Of a stretch of DNA of 64,000 nucleotides, positions 27,501 to 42,500 are shown piece by piece. The notes under the pieces are model-generated. The model worked only from the letters and a program-made list of their open reading frames with translations, ran no database searches and was not told the DNA's origin. Made by a program: the position numbers and the translations under genes. Source of the DNA: Phoronis australis (Eukaryota; Animalia; Phoronida); assembly GCA_002633005.1 (NCBI GenBank), contig NMRA01000248.1, positions 513,346-577,345 on the forward strand, read 5' to 3'. Numbering within the stretch: position 1 is the first letter of the stretch; each line of letters begins with the position of its first letter.

Positions 27501-30500
27501 CATGCAAACGGATTACGTACAGGTAGTTGGATCGGACGTAATATTGTCTGAAGTTGACTGTGGGTTATTTTGAAAAAGATCTTTGAAAGATAACCCTAAT
27601 GCGAAGTATTTTTTCCAATTATTAACAAATATGTTAAGAAACTCATGTTTCAATGAATTTTGATGTAGGTTGGAAATCATTGAAATCAACATCACCCCTC
27701 TTTCAAACAGAAAATTAAATATATTTCTTCAAAATCACTGGATAAAATTTAGAACGTCGGAAGGGGATTAGCCACAATCCTTAAAGAGGAAACGTTACTG
27801 CACGCAGCCCTTAATCTACCCTCTGACATAGCGCCACCTACTGAAAAGTGAACCTGTGGAAACATCATGAGCGACACACAGAATTCCCTGTGTGTGCATC
27901 AGTGCGCATGCTTGGTCGGAAGTTTACATGGCCACAACTTGCACGCGGCCTTCATGCACTGTACTTCTTTGGGCTTAAGCCAATGATCGGGGATCCCTTG
28001 ATTTTGTTTACTTCGATCATTGCCCGTTTGATAAATTCAACTATGTAAGTCAAAGGTGGTCTCCATACTACTTAACAGTAAACTGAAAAGGGTTTCCCAG
28101 ATTTCAACCAATAGGAATGGCTGAATATTATGACGTCGGTCAAGCCACATTAAATAACATTTCACAGTGCTGCCTTTCGTAGTATTGCGAAAAAGTGTAC
28201 ACTTAGTCTTTATTGCGTCTGGAAGAGGCCCTTAATTGGGCAACACTAAGAAATTGAAATTTCGACCGAAAGTTTATGGAGACCTGTGAAATCTATATTG
28301 TATGCTTGGCTCCATCAACTACGTCCAGATACGAATAGGACGAGTAATAGTGTTCCTTGACCTGAAGCAAGGTGTAGTTACATCAACACAAAGTATGAGA
28401 GCATTAAAACATATTGAGCATGTTGAACTGAACAGATTTATTGAACTTGGAGATTTTGAGAAAGGTGTATTCCAGCTGACAGTATTTAACTGAAACAACA
28501 AGAATGGCTGAAACTGAATCGACAAACATCATCAACAACAACGTCACCAGGGGGATGTTTGTGTACCAGCTAAAACGTAAAGAGGGCAACACAAGTTTGA
28601 ATAATGTCAACGAGAAAAACACCACCAAAATAAAAAGAATCGAAATACCCACTTTTTTCGAGACTGGTAGTCGAATTCTCCTGTGAGACGTCCGAGTCAA
28701 AGTCTTTGTTGTGTGCTTGTATTTTGAATGCCCACTCAGTGCAAGCTTTGGAGACGAAAGTTCTTTCCACTGTGCTGGACTGTATATTAGCTTCTCTTTC
28801 CCAGTGGGGCTGTATACTGTTTTTGTAGTACAGGGTGTATGTGCCTACTTCGTCGCATCGCCAATCAGGCACCTGTAACGTTGAATGACCGGTGACTCAT
28901 ACAAAATGAAGGACCTCTTTTGGAAACGATTTCCTTATGAAAACTTAGTTCAAGTTGTTTTCCAAATGAAATATGGACAATAAGGACTCGGCAAACGAGA
29001 ATCCAAAAATGCTAAGAAGCTACGATAGGAAATGAAGTGGTAGCTTGAATGACAGTTTGACACAAATGAAATAGTAGCAAGCGACATCTATAGGCTCCAA
29101 AATCAAAGTTACTTTCCTGATCAACTTACATTCCACACGACGCGAATTTCGTTTGATTTCGAGGTCAGACGTAGGACTGGAAGTTGTGGAACTGAAATTG
29201 TCAAATGTTGAGAAACTAAACCCCAGTGTGTATGTTTCTGAGTTTTCTTTTAATTTACCAAGAAAATATCGTTTGTTGGCAAATAAAAATATTGCTCGTG
29301 GGCAACTGCATAGCGAATTCTTTTAAAAGACGTGTTCACGTTATAACGACAGAGGTCCCCATTAGACACATACGAGGTAAAGAAATGACGTCAAAGAATA
29401 TGAAGCCTGCAAGTCAGATTCAATGTCTGGCGCAGTTGTTTAAAGCATTACTTTTCCTACGAAATCCACTTAGATCTATGTGTATCCATGAATTCCAAAC
29501 ATATTATTTCAACAGCTTACGCCCACACGCTAATGCTCCGGAAGTGGCATTTCCCACGACATTGTTGTGGAGCTTTATTCTGATCCTTATTTGGTATTGG
29601 TTTGTGACGTCTGTCGATGGAATTGTAAACGTCGTGACGGCATTGTCAACATCTTTACTCTGTGTCCACTCAGACAATGTCGCTAATTTATATTCCACAA
29701 TGTACTTGTGAACTGGTCCAGCACCATGGTCAGTTCTGTTTGACCACAGACGCCAAGTCACAGTTATTTCAGTACGGCTCCGAGATATAGTAGGTGGATG
29801 GGAAAGACGAGCGACTTCTGCAAAAAAAGACCCTCAGTTACGGACACAATTACCGCTGTAACAACCAATCAATCGATTTGCAAGGGAACGTCAATCTCAT
29901 GTTCTGCACTTTATGAAACTTAAATAAACATAAGCGTGACTTTTGGGAGAAACGTAAGAAACGTTGAACGTGAGAATGTAGAAAACGGATCTTAAGGTTA
30001 AATAATAAAAGAACTTATCGACGCGTCTTTGAATTAAGCCACAATGATGCTTACTCACTGAAAGCCGAAGCGTCACAAGAATTATTACACTTTTTAATAT
30101 TTACCAACCTACCTTTGATTGGATCACGTGACCATATCTTTCTAGTAAAATTTAGCAAAAAGAACACATTGATACTAAAACAGCGGAGACAATAGCACTA
30201 GTAAATTCATTGGATACACAAATAAATAAAAATGTTCAAGATGAAAGTTCATTTTACGCAAGTTTTGATTTTTTTCGTAGAAATCATTCAAGTCCGATAG
30301 TACCTTATGCAAAAGTGGAACACATTAAAAACAACCCTTTACAGAGTTTTGAAGAATAGATCCTAAACCATACAGAGTGCCTTGAAAGGGTCATATTAAT
30401 CACTTTCTAAGTATGATGTTCAGAAGACAGAAGACGTGGACATTTTTCTAGCGTCGTACACATTCTACATAATTATTGAAGTAAATCTTCGAATATGACT

Positions 30501-33500
30501 TAGAGGTTAACTTGACTGTTAAATTTTGTTATCCTACCAGTTTTACAATATGGCATCTTATATCCCTCCTGGCATGACGTGCACTCTCCTCTGAACTTGT
30601 CACATGGTCCACTCAGACAGTGACCACATGCCTGAAGGCAGTCGGCACCATAGTAGTTGTCTGGACATTCTGGAATACACACAAACAATGCACTTTAAAT
30701 CGACAAGCCCCATAATAACAGTAAACTCCATGTCTGAGTAATACTGTACGTTGCAAATATTTTAGAAAAATTTTACTCGTCCATATAGTCTTTCGATGAG
30801 ACTCCAAACAGACAAGGTTATCTGTGNTGATCACAAACAATCAACTGAACTATTAAATCTTACCTTGATCACAGCCAATCAACTGACATATCAAATCTTA
30901 CCTTGACCACATCCAATCAACTGACATATTAAATCTTACCTTGATCACATCCAATTCCTTTAAAGCCAGTAGCACACGAGCATCCGTACGGGTCTATGGT
31001 ACATACTTGTCGGTATCTACATCCTGTGTCTACGTCATCAGAACACTGCGAGGCGCAGTCATATCCAAATTTGTTTGGACCACATGCTGAAAGTTTATAC
31101 CTTATGTAAAGCATTATAAGACAAGATACAACTAGTTATCAATCCTTGCAGCATACACTAGGTCCACCTAAGAATTTGCCGCAAAGGCATTGTTTGAGTA
31201 CCTTATGAGTTTTATAGAAGCAGGAAATTTCCTTGGTGAGCGAAAAAGTTCGGTGCTGATGTCCATGTTAACGCTTGATTTTTGGCCTTTTCAGGTCACA
31301 TACACATTAGTGTTATCGTAGAAAAGCTTGTTATTTATCTTACTTTTTTGAAAAAAAAACACGAAATTTTGACCCAAATCCAAACTCGAAACAAATTTGA
31401 AGAGTTGAGAGCTATTTCAGCCTTTGTCATGACTTCAGGTCCACTAGCTGCACTGTTTATTCTACTTCGACTGGTTTTACATTGAGAAACGGGATTGGAG
31501 AGGTAATATTTCTGCTATCTTCAGTATATCGGCAGCGTTACCCCATCTTCACGAATGGAGGTTGCTGTGCTCGTGTACCCCGTTGCATACCGGTCTATGA
31601 GTTTTTTAGTTCGCTATGTTTACCCGTATTTTTGTAAAGGTTCTATAGACAAAATAATACACTCAAACACACATACATTCACAAGTCAAAGTACTTTTGC
31701 AGGCTTCAGCGAACGTGAAGATCGTTTTATTCACCATTGCATCACCAAGTAAAATCCCCACAAGCCAGTTGACGAGGGTAGGTTTGAAAATTACTTGTAC
31801 CTTCGGAACAGGACCTCCCCTTGAATCCTGGAGCACAGATGCACTCGCCGGTTATATCATGACATATCCCGCCATTGAGACAACTAGGACAGTCGTATTC
31901 ACACAGTCCGCCATACTTTCCGTCTGGGCAAACTGAAAAATGTTTAAAGAAAAACTCGCACTAGAAGACATTCCACTGATATTTGCGAACAAAGATGAGA
32001 ATATGATGTACCATAAAGACAGGTATTGAGGCCCAAGAGCCTAAATGTGAAGTTGCGGTTGTTACCAGAAATAGGAGCACACACTTGTATTTAGTGAAAC
32101 TGAAGAGTACAGACATTCCTAAAATATTTTGAGAGTATAACATGACGTGACCTTTACAAAATGGCAGATATATTAAGACTAGACAAAAGCCGTACGAATA
32201 TGACCCACGGCAAACCTTAGTTTATGGTTGAGCACAAATGCCCAGATGAATAAAATATTCTCGAAGAAACTTGAGATACGAATAATTTCGGACATGGGAA
32301 AATATGCTGTAGTAGAACCACTCAATACCTTTCTCGCACTAGCAGTTGACTTGTGAACGGCATGGCGGCAAAAACATTAAAAACAGCGTTCTGAAGTTTC
32401 GTGAGCACGACACTGCTCAAAGACAACAAATTCGTTTAATCAAAATTGAAGTTAAGGATCGTCATTTTAAGCTAATTAATGTTTTTCAACTAACGATAGG
32501 CTCACACGATGCGAACATTGTTGGGAATGTTATCATCCTGGACATCTCAGGTATTTTCGTAGCCTCAAAGTCCCCAGCTTTATCTGCGAATGCGTGGACT
32601 TCAGTCACATGGAAACTCGCGTGACTTTCTAACTGGCGATAGATTGGCCGCATTATTGAAGCTCGCAAATAGGCGGATAACTGTCACCCCAGAAAGGAAA
32701 TTCGATGATTTCTCAGGTGCTCCGACATGGCATGATCATCCTTACAAAAAGTTCAACTGACATGATGCGCGAACTAATGTCACGTGACCCACTCCGTGCA
32801 TATACGCCACTCCCATGTGTCCCCCAGTATCCTGTATTAGTTCGTAGCCTGTTGTCAGGAAGCTTGACATTCTCACAAATATGGGCAACATGTATTCCAC
32901 GGAATGTCTTCTTCGAGACAAATAGATAGACAAGATATATAATAAGCGCGATTGAGTTACACATTGTTCCAACTCCGCAGAGAAGTGTTACTGCCACATT
33001 ACGTATGTTATCTATGATTGCACTGCCCGGCTTTGAAAACGTTCTAGTGACAGTGGCCTGGTGGCAGTGATACGAACTATGTACATATTACATGGACGGA
33101 ACATTCGAAATGACGGAGAAAGAATGACTAGCCACTTCAGTGCCCGGATGTGTGAAACAGTTCCAGCATAGGCTCAACTTTGTCCCTTTTATGTTCAGCG
33201 TACAGTATTTGGGAAACTTGTTTACCCCCTGCAGTTTATTGGTCTCTAACTTTTACCAGTTCTGCGTTTACTTATAATACTGTCGATAAACACATCTGTC
33301 CACATTTCAATGAACAGGAGTCAAATCCTTAAATTAGGGAATGTTGTATAGAAATATCCATTTGATTTTCTATATTATCAAGAATGAAACGTACACGTTA
33401 TTGAATTAGCGAGTGTAACAGTTGCTGAAAGTGTCTTAGAAGCTCATCGCAAGTTGAGGCTTCGCAGCACTGGCTGAAGCGTAAAACAGACATTATGTCG

Positions 33501-36500
33501 GACGTTTTTTTGAGTAGGCTTGTGAACGTACGGTCGAGATTATTAAAGCGATTAACTCGAACCAGTCTTCAGTCTATCGTCGCACCGAAAGCTATTAGCA
33601 CCGGTTGATAACCATCTGCGNCACACACACACGAGGAAAAACGTGTCATACTGATTCGCACACGATGTAGGCCTACAAAACCTAGATGTATAAAAACTGT
33701 TTTGAATGACCAAGGCACGGGTTTTCCACACTATCACTAAAGGTTGGCATACGTGTACGGGCCATTCCGGATTCACATGACTGTACCCCGTGATCTTTTT
33801 TTTAATTGCAGGCGGTCTGATACACGTTGTATCAGACGTGCGCAGGCCTCGCATGTGGGCCCATTGCACTGATCACCTGGAAATACTGTTATGCTTTATT
33901 GATATATGGTTAAAACCGAGCTGAGGGGCTAGAAACCTGGCTCAAGGGTTTAGCAGTGTGACCTGGTGGGACTTGAACCCACGACCTCGAGTAAAGAAAG
34001 TGGGCACTTATCAACCAGGCCACACTGCCTCCTCCCCCTTGATCTTTATTCAGATCGCAAATTAAACGAATAACAATTTTCAAACGCATTCTGGCAAACC
34101 CTAACTTCGTGTTGTGTGAACCTAGCTCTAAAGATTATCAGTGACGTCATTCTAAAACAAGTCTGCCTATTTTACGTTTACAACTCATTAGAATCAGAAT
34201 CAACTGACATGCGATGTTTTCTGGCGCGAACGTAAACAGTAATATAGCAATTTCCTATGCTGTTCGGGGGAAATTTAATGACACGTTCGAAGATTTGCGT
34301 TCGGATACGTCACTGGGGTTCAGTGAAATAAATATCAACTTCGCTCAAAACAATTCACTGTTGGAACTGAAAGTCGTTGACAATATGTAATCAAAATTAC
34401 AAATCTGACGTAAGTTTAGTCTCCGAATCACCCATGATCTTACAAGCTACAGTCTTGATTTTTTTATTTTTTTTTCAAGCTGCAGTTTTATTAACATAGC
34501 TAAAAATACTAGAAATCATTCAAAGGTCCAACCTAATTATTTTCAAGATTTACAAGCTTCTGACTCACCTCGCACAATGAGTCTGAAAATGCCTTTGATC
34601 TCCTGTGTGTTGCCTTGCTCAGTATAAACGGTGTACACTCCTCCGTGACCCAACTCAACACTATCAATCGTCGGTTTTTGTTGGCCGGTCCAAAAGCTTG
34701 AGCCATCTATTAAAAACGATCCACCGTCCTTCTGCCATTTTACCCCACGCGATGAACCTTTGAAGTTGAATTGAACATTGCGAGCTCCAACACTTGTCCG
34801 TTGTGTTAGCTGATCTGACAAAAAGATCCAAAAACCGTCCAATTAAGAGTACAGAGGAATTGTAAATAAAGACTATCAGAACAACATAGACACAGTTACA
34901 ATAGCGCCATACTTGATTTCATGTGAAAAGTAAAATAAGAAAACAACACAGAATACATGAAATAACAGACCAGTTCTACAGAATTTTTACTGAGACCACT
35001 ATAAATGTGATATTGCATTGCTCTTTACCCGGATTGGAGAAGATTTCTGGGCCTTATAAGTTGTCTTGTCACACATGTCATTTTATGTGACGAGCATATT
35101 CTTAAGTACTACTGAAATGTCACTTCTTTCATAACCCGGGAATCATTTCTCATCGCAGGTAAGACAGTTTTATGGCTGAAAATGGAGTACCTCGGTTTAT
35201 CAGCACGTAGGCACAGCGTGGGGCAACGTAAGCTCGATGTACTCTGGGGAGGTCACATGATTCAGAAATATCGACCCTTACCTTGGGTACACAGCGGGAC
35301 GCTGCACAGTTGCCACCGTTTATTACTATCTATCGTGTAACACCATGGCCATTTTTCTCCTCCTTCATTTCTACAATAGTTTTCCTTGAAGCCATATTTC
35401 TCTGCATCGTGTTTGTGTGGGCTCTGGGAATCCCATCGTTGGCAGGTCAAATCATTCTCTGTTTTGTTACGGCGACCTCTGTAGGTCAATCCCAATGCGT
35501 TTTCTTTACAATCTCCTGGAAACTATGACTTTTTAATGATTTGTTTAAAATTGATACATTACCGTTCGTGTCTGTAAAGAAAACGAAGTGTAAGTGGTGA
35601 CATCAACATGAGCTGCATACGGTAACTTCTCAAATAATAGATATAAATTGGAACAAGCTGGAACACAGTTACACGCTTCTGAAAATGTATTGTATATTAA
35701 CTTACACAGCTCCATTTCCACGCCGCATAATAAATATTAAATTCATTACCACATGTCAAAGTATTCATCTGAAAAAATGATGGTAATTGGCACACCCTCT
35801 AGTGGCAGATGAATGATGTGCAAAAATTTAATAAGGAAAGATCCCGGATTAAACTTGCAATTTCACCAGTTTATATTTTGACATGTCGAGCAAGCAGTGG
35901 AATGGAAACTGAGGTGAAAATAAATGATCAACAATTTGAATTTAAGAGGTTTTTATTTCGGTACGATTGGTATTTGATTGATCCGCCACCAAATGTCAAG
36001 CCCTACATGCAATCAATATTGGAATTGACAGGCGTTCAGGTAGCATAATACATAAACCAGAATGCGCTATACGGTAGTTGATAGTGGATAAAGGTGTGAT
36101 GCGGTTTTCTTACTATTTGTCAAGTTTGTCCCATACAATCATAGGTGAAGACCCTGACCAATGTATTATATCTACTCCTCGTGTAACCATTAGACAATGA
36201 TGTCACGTTGCTTGATTTGCACTACTTGATACAACCAACATCTTGCGTGAGGTCTGATATGAAGTTAGACACGCGGGTTTGACTGAACTGTTTAGCCACA
36301 GCAAATCGTCTGTTGGTTGGAGAGGTTCAAATTCGTCCATCTTTGATCGTTTTTCAGCTTTTGGTCTACCTGTTCTCACTCAGTTCCTCAAGTCACTTGG
36401 CGCTAACCGTAATGCCATATGTCTGCACATGTAGCACATTTGTTCACCATAAAAGTGTGTGCAACCTGACCATGCAGTTTTCAATAGCTGCTGTACGTTG

Positions 36501-39500
36501 AACAGGAGTCCGTGAAGGAACCAAGCTTTTATTTAATCGACATTACACAAAACTGTTATCAACACAACACACATTTGGAACTCATCTAGCATGAGAGTCT
36601 CAACAATTTCACCAAAGGTGGTGTTTACAAGCAGTTCATATTACAATGATTAAATGTGCAAGTGGTGCATCTCAACACAAATTGATGTCAATTTGGAGCT
36701 TCACAGAACTTTAAAATGACTATTCCAGAAAACGAAATTGCCAAAAAATTTCAAATTCTGGTGTTTGACCCTTACATTTTTGATATCACACAATGTAATT
36801 TTATGTTTGAGTGTGCGAGAGGGTACTTGGAATGTTACCACGTTTCCGTAGACCTATTCTTAATTTAACATGTAATATACTTGAAAAGTTAACTTAATAA
36901 ATTATGCACAACTTTGTTCGTATTGTGTTATACATACAAGAGCTACTGATGGCGCTAAGTAGAGGCAGTTATATGTTGTAAACCTAAGTATAGAAATTTT
37001 GCGACATATTATCTCGTGAAGGGAAATCATTAGGTCAAACCAGCGATAACCTAAATGATGACCGAAGGAAAACGTACCCACCTTTTGAAATGGTAACTCT
37101 CGGAACGATCACCCACGAGTAGAGATTTTTCTTGTTAACTGTAAAGTAGTAAGCGGCGAACTCATCCTGTATTGTGTATCGCGAATAGGCATTAGGTCCC
37201 GTGCCTACGTTTCCGTTGGGTGCAGGGGCCAAAGTAGCACCACTCGACCCCATGTTCACGTGCACTCCGCTCTCTATGGCGTCTGTGCCGATGTGAACGT
37301 TACTTCCACCGTACACTCTGACGTCACCACCATATAAAGACACCAGCACGCTGATATTGTATAGCGGTTCTGAAAAAAATATCACAGGAACAACGACAAG
37401 CGTTGATAAAATGTATGCGCCCACAATATACCGCAAACGTACCGGTACCTATGTTTCTATGGTAATTATCAATTCCATGCATACTTGTACTTGCCAGCAG
37501 CCAATAATTTTACCACAAGAGGTAGCTGAAATATCCAGATTATGACAATATTGCGTTAGTACATCACAATTTAGAATTGACATCAAGTGAAAAACGTTTG
37601 AAAAACATTTGTAACAAAGAATAAAAAATGTCACAAAGGTAGACAGCACTAATCCCCTGAAGTTGACAACTCCATTCTACTTCTTTTCGTAAAGAAAAAT
37701 CGTAGTTTGGCGGACACAAATATAGGCACAACATGGCATTACGTGCACAGTACTGGTTGGAACCTACTTAAAACTTCAGCAGCTATCATATTCGATAAGG
37801 AACAGCCAAACATGGTTGGTACAGAATGCAAAGTCGCCCGAAAAACGACTAGTATGGGTGCATTGTCATCACATATTTCTTTGTCAAGGTTCATTGAAAC
37901 CTATTTTAAAATCAGTTCTCAAGTTTTATACGAAAAACGCTGTCTCAAAAATATTGAGAAGATTGGCCTTCTCATAGCGGAGAGGGCAGATGGCAAAGTA
38001 GTATGCCCCACCCCGGTGATGTAGAAAACCGGGCAAAAGGACAAACCTGTCACTAGAGGGTTCTGCAGTTGTCAAATACACCTGAAAATTGACTGATAAC
38101 TGTGCATTACCGTCAAGTTTCACTGAAACCTGTCGATCGGTTCTTTAGATATAATGCGGAGATGCTTCTACCGAAGTTCTTAACAAACTTGTCGGAATAA
38201 ATTTCCATAAGGGAATTCTGCAGTGATCAAATCTGTCAAGTATCGAAAAGGGCCGGCACATTGCAGACAAATAACTCTATGTTGGGTTTCACTGGATTCC
38301 GTTTGTCATTTCTTTAGCAATCATACGTAGATCGTCTACCCCATAATAACTGAATAAGTCCTGATCGAGACCATCATTGGCACTAGCAGGTGCCGCAGTG
38401 ATTGAATCTATGCAAAAGTTAACTGGTGTCCGCGCATTATCACCATGTACAGTACCTTTGTTTCAAGTTTCATTGAAAGTCGGCCATCTTTTCTCTAATA
38501 TCACCCGGAAACGATTTCCATCAAAAATACTGAAAAACCTTGTTCCTGGACCCCTAGGGCGGGAAAACTGAAAAATGATATACATTGCCATACCCTACAC
38601 TCTTTGTGCCAAATCTCACCGAAATACGGTCATACGCTTCTTGAGATGTTGAAGAAACAACTAGCCAACAGTACAAAATGACTACTAAGGAGTGCTGCAG
38701 TGGTCAAATGTGCTCCAAAAGCATCACGTGATGCTGCGTTTCACTAAAATCCGTCCCATGGTTTCCTGCCGGTAAGGCACTTTCCCAAAACACTGAAAAA
38801 CCCTGGGATACAGTATCTGGATGGACTGAAATATGGTACGCAGCGCCCCAGTGATGCTTGCACCCTTGTGCCAAATTTCATTAACATCCGACCAGGGGTT
38901 TTCTGACAAAATCGAGTCAACAACTGGGCTGTCGGAATGGTGTGCCCCACAACCGGAATCCCGGACAGGATGACGACAACATGCTACCAATCAAACATGC
39001 ATGCATGTACGAACAAACACCCGGACGAACAATCACACGCATTTTTATACGTATACATGAGCACTTTAAAATGGAAGAATAAAGTAAAGAAACCAGCTCA
39101 ATACTGAAAATCTTCGCAATAGTAACTCAAGCAAAATATATTTCGATGAGAGACTTTTGAATCTCTGACTGTCTCGTTGACTGTAGTGATTGGAGAAAGT
39201 TGTGAATATCATGCTGTCTAGTAAATAACGTGGTTGGCACAGCTACATGAAATGAAAGTTGAATTATTCAACACGCAATAACGGCAAGTAAGATAGGCTT
39301 GGTTTGTTTAACATGAAGCATATTGTGGCAATGTCCGAAAACATATGTATATCTAATTTTCAGTTTTTATGAAGTATTTCCTTTTAAATGCTTGGACATT
39401 GTTTGGAAACTTTGACATTTTGATATTAATTTAGTTCAGTCTTCAGTATCTATAGATTGTCGGATTCAAATTCTATTCAATTATGTCTTAGCTGTAATCA

Positions 39501-42500
39501 AGCTTGCATTTCACATCCAGTCTCGTGAAGGCAAGATCCATCATGGATGAAACATGCAGATGCGGGGTACTCGCGGAAGGTACATCCCTACAATGACATT
39601 AAAAAGTGTATCTTCAACAGGACTAAAAGTCAGTATGGCGGTTAAATTAGGACAATATATGTCAGCAGTTCGCAACATTTCTTCTGTTGATAAGAATTAT
39701 CTTTTGAATTACGTCCGATAATAGTATTACAAATGTCGATGTTTTCAGCAACGTACAACTTACCCTTTACCCTTGGACTTGTGAAATTCATTCCTTTACA
39801 TCTACCAAACATTGAAGGATAATTAAATTACTGTATCACATAGTCTTTCTATGATGTAATAAGATGAAACTGCAAGAACGAGCTGAATCATGGTTCGCGC
39901 GATCGTTTGAAATTTATAAAAACGCAAAATAGTGCCATGCTTATCATAATACATATAAACGAGGGAGATGTTGATCAAAGTACTCAAAATCAACTTGTTT
40001 TTATACATGTTAAACAAGTATATATTACAGGAAGCAGCTTTCCGTGAAAGATGTTCATCAAATTCTTCCACGCATGTCTGACGTTTCTAGAGATGCTATA
40101 CAGGTTTATTTAACAGATTACAGTTTGGTGGGAACATTTACAATGGCATACGTGTATACAGTTCAAAACACTCTTAGAGCTGTTTAACATAGTTTTGAAC
40201 GGGAACCAAGACTCGTCCCGTTTTGGTTCATTAATAACAATTAATGACAACTATATTACTTTAACTAACACAATAGTTATCCGAAACTTTTGTCAAACAC
40301 TAATAATTTGGAGCCACATTACAAAGTGCGTCAACTGGATATTTGTTGTCAGTGCATTCGAAGACTTTATCGGGCGTTACAGGAAAATATTGTGGACCGA
40401 AGTACACAAAAACCTCTAAATAATACGAATAGGGTCTTCAGCAGAACGAAGTTGTTTTTTCCTAACTGTGTAGTGACAAGTGACTGGGGATGAAATAGGG
40501 ATGAGATCGTCAAACCAGAGCTTGGCACAAATTTAAAGCACTTTTAGAAGTCTCCTTACCCCAGTGTTGTAAACCCATAACGCCGTGTTCTGTAATACTT
40601 GTCTAAAACAAAAGGTGGCGTCCAAGTGACCGTTCTATGTCCTTCATTGTCACTCCAAGGTAAGATTCTACCATCATGCCAAGCAGCCCGACAAATACTT
40701 GAATCCTGAATTTCAAGAATAACATTCATACTGGAGGCAACGTTATACTGTCACTGTCTAGGACGTGAACTTTACGAGAAGTACCACCCAATGAGCTTTC
40801 TAAACAATAGTATCAGTACTAGTATAATATTTCAAAATTATTGTAAAGAAGTCTCCGACTCACATACATGTAATGTACATAATACCGAAGAGGTATATCC
40901 ACACTTGCTCTGTTAGAAGTTGTTTCTAAATCATCATGAAATAATCACTCAATTAAAAACAGCATTCGTTGTAAAAGTAGGTCACAAAAAGTAGGTCACC
41001 AAAAATACAACCATAACTGATGCTCGTTATGAATTTTCATATACATCAATTTTTATGTGAAATTTGTGATCAGAACATCTTTATCGTGTTAAACTTTTAC
41101 CTATACCGAAGACCTTCAACAAACCTGACATTCCCTGAATGCAGACGATTTTTGTGCGAGTTACTAAAATATTGATGCAGGGTGATTCATCCGAAGCAGG
41201 AACCAAAACTGTGCTAAGTAACATTGATTTTTGTCCAATAGAGGGAGTGAATTAGGCTTTATGATATATATTTAAGTTACGAACATCCAAGACATAAGTG
41301 CCTTTTAGAAAAGAATAGTAAAACTTAATTTTTTATTTTAAATGTATTGGGCTGACCAGATAGTCCTAGCAAAGCCTTACCAGAATTTTATAAAATGGGA
41401 GTTTAATCCCTCAAACGAGTGGGCCTGACAAATGGTAGGTGAAGTTGCCTTTTCGTGCCTAAACGCGATCGAGATCTCAACCCAAACTACAAGTGACCGT
41501 TAACTGTTGTATCGACGAGGGGTCTGAATAAAGTAACATTGTGTGCGGGCGTTATTCGCAGCTGGCTGAGTTGGTTTTGGCGGTGACGGAGACAAAAGCA
41601 AGCCAATAAGCCTAAGAGTTCCTAACATTTGGCAATTTATGGCACTGGTGGGCCCAGAAAACTGCTCTTAACAAGCTGTAGGAACCAAATTTGTACGTGT
41701 TACCGTTCAAGATAAGCTTTAAACTCTAGAGCAATCCCTGATCTCCAAGTTTCCCAAACAATACCAAGTGCAATTCTAAACAGTATTGTTTTACATATGC
41801 CAAATAACATTTTGTTTTGCCAGTTAAGAAACTTTAAATAAATATTATGATCATTTTGCTTCATGAAATGTTCACGGTACCACAGACAGGGGACATAAGC
41901 TTCAGGACAGGTGTCGTGGATGTGGCACTCACAATAAAAAGGAGAACAAGCCATGAAACGATTTGGCAGACACGCTCATTCCAATAAGTGTTTCAAATTT
42001 AAAAGTTTTTAAAAAGGGGTTTCGTGTTGAATCTTTTCCTGTGTATAACGAAGTTGAACTTCTCTTTAACAACGGATTGTCTTAACATTCTTAAGTTTTG
42101 TTGCAACTGCCTCTGATAAGATCGCTATTGAAGACATCACGATTCCCCCGTGATGAGGGCAGAGCCACAGTGGTTGTGCCTAAACGAAGTACGATAAAAT
42201 AATCGTGATCTCACCAATGTCTCCAACACATCTAAATAATTTACAATATATCCTACAAGCAAGTGCTTCAATTATCTTGAGGAGATTCTCAGGGTGTGGA
42301 AACAGATAAGAGTCCTGATCGTTTGTAGCTTTATTGTTGCGCTACAAACATCGCTCGCTGTTTTCAAAACATTTTGTATACATACACAATCATACCTACG
42401 CACTAAATCACAAACGTGAATGCAAACCTACAAGCAAGCATATGTACATCATTGCGCGCGCGTATAAAACCACTTAAATACATGTACTTACACGCATGTC

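Noticed and set aside
30828-30955. CRISPR-like array
   Set aside because: No unique spacers; a simple tandem repeat in a eukaryotic intron.
33917-34035. tRNA gene
   Set aside because: Only A and B boxes followed by SINE-like sequence; no acceptor stem or cloverleaf.
37680-39060. Possible Helentron/HINE-like non-autonomous repeat (similar motifs at ~27290-28190)
   Set aside because: Recurrent ccaaatttca / aagtttcattgaaa motifs suggest a repeat, but I could not define termini.
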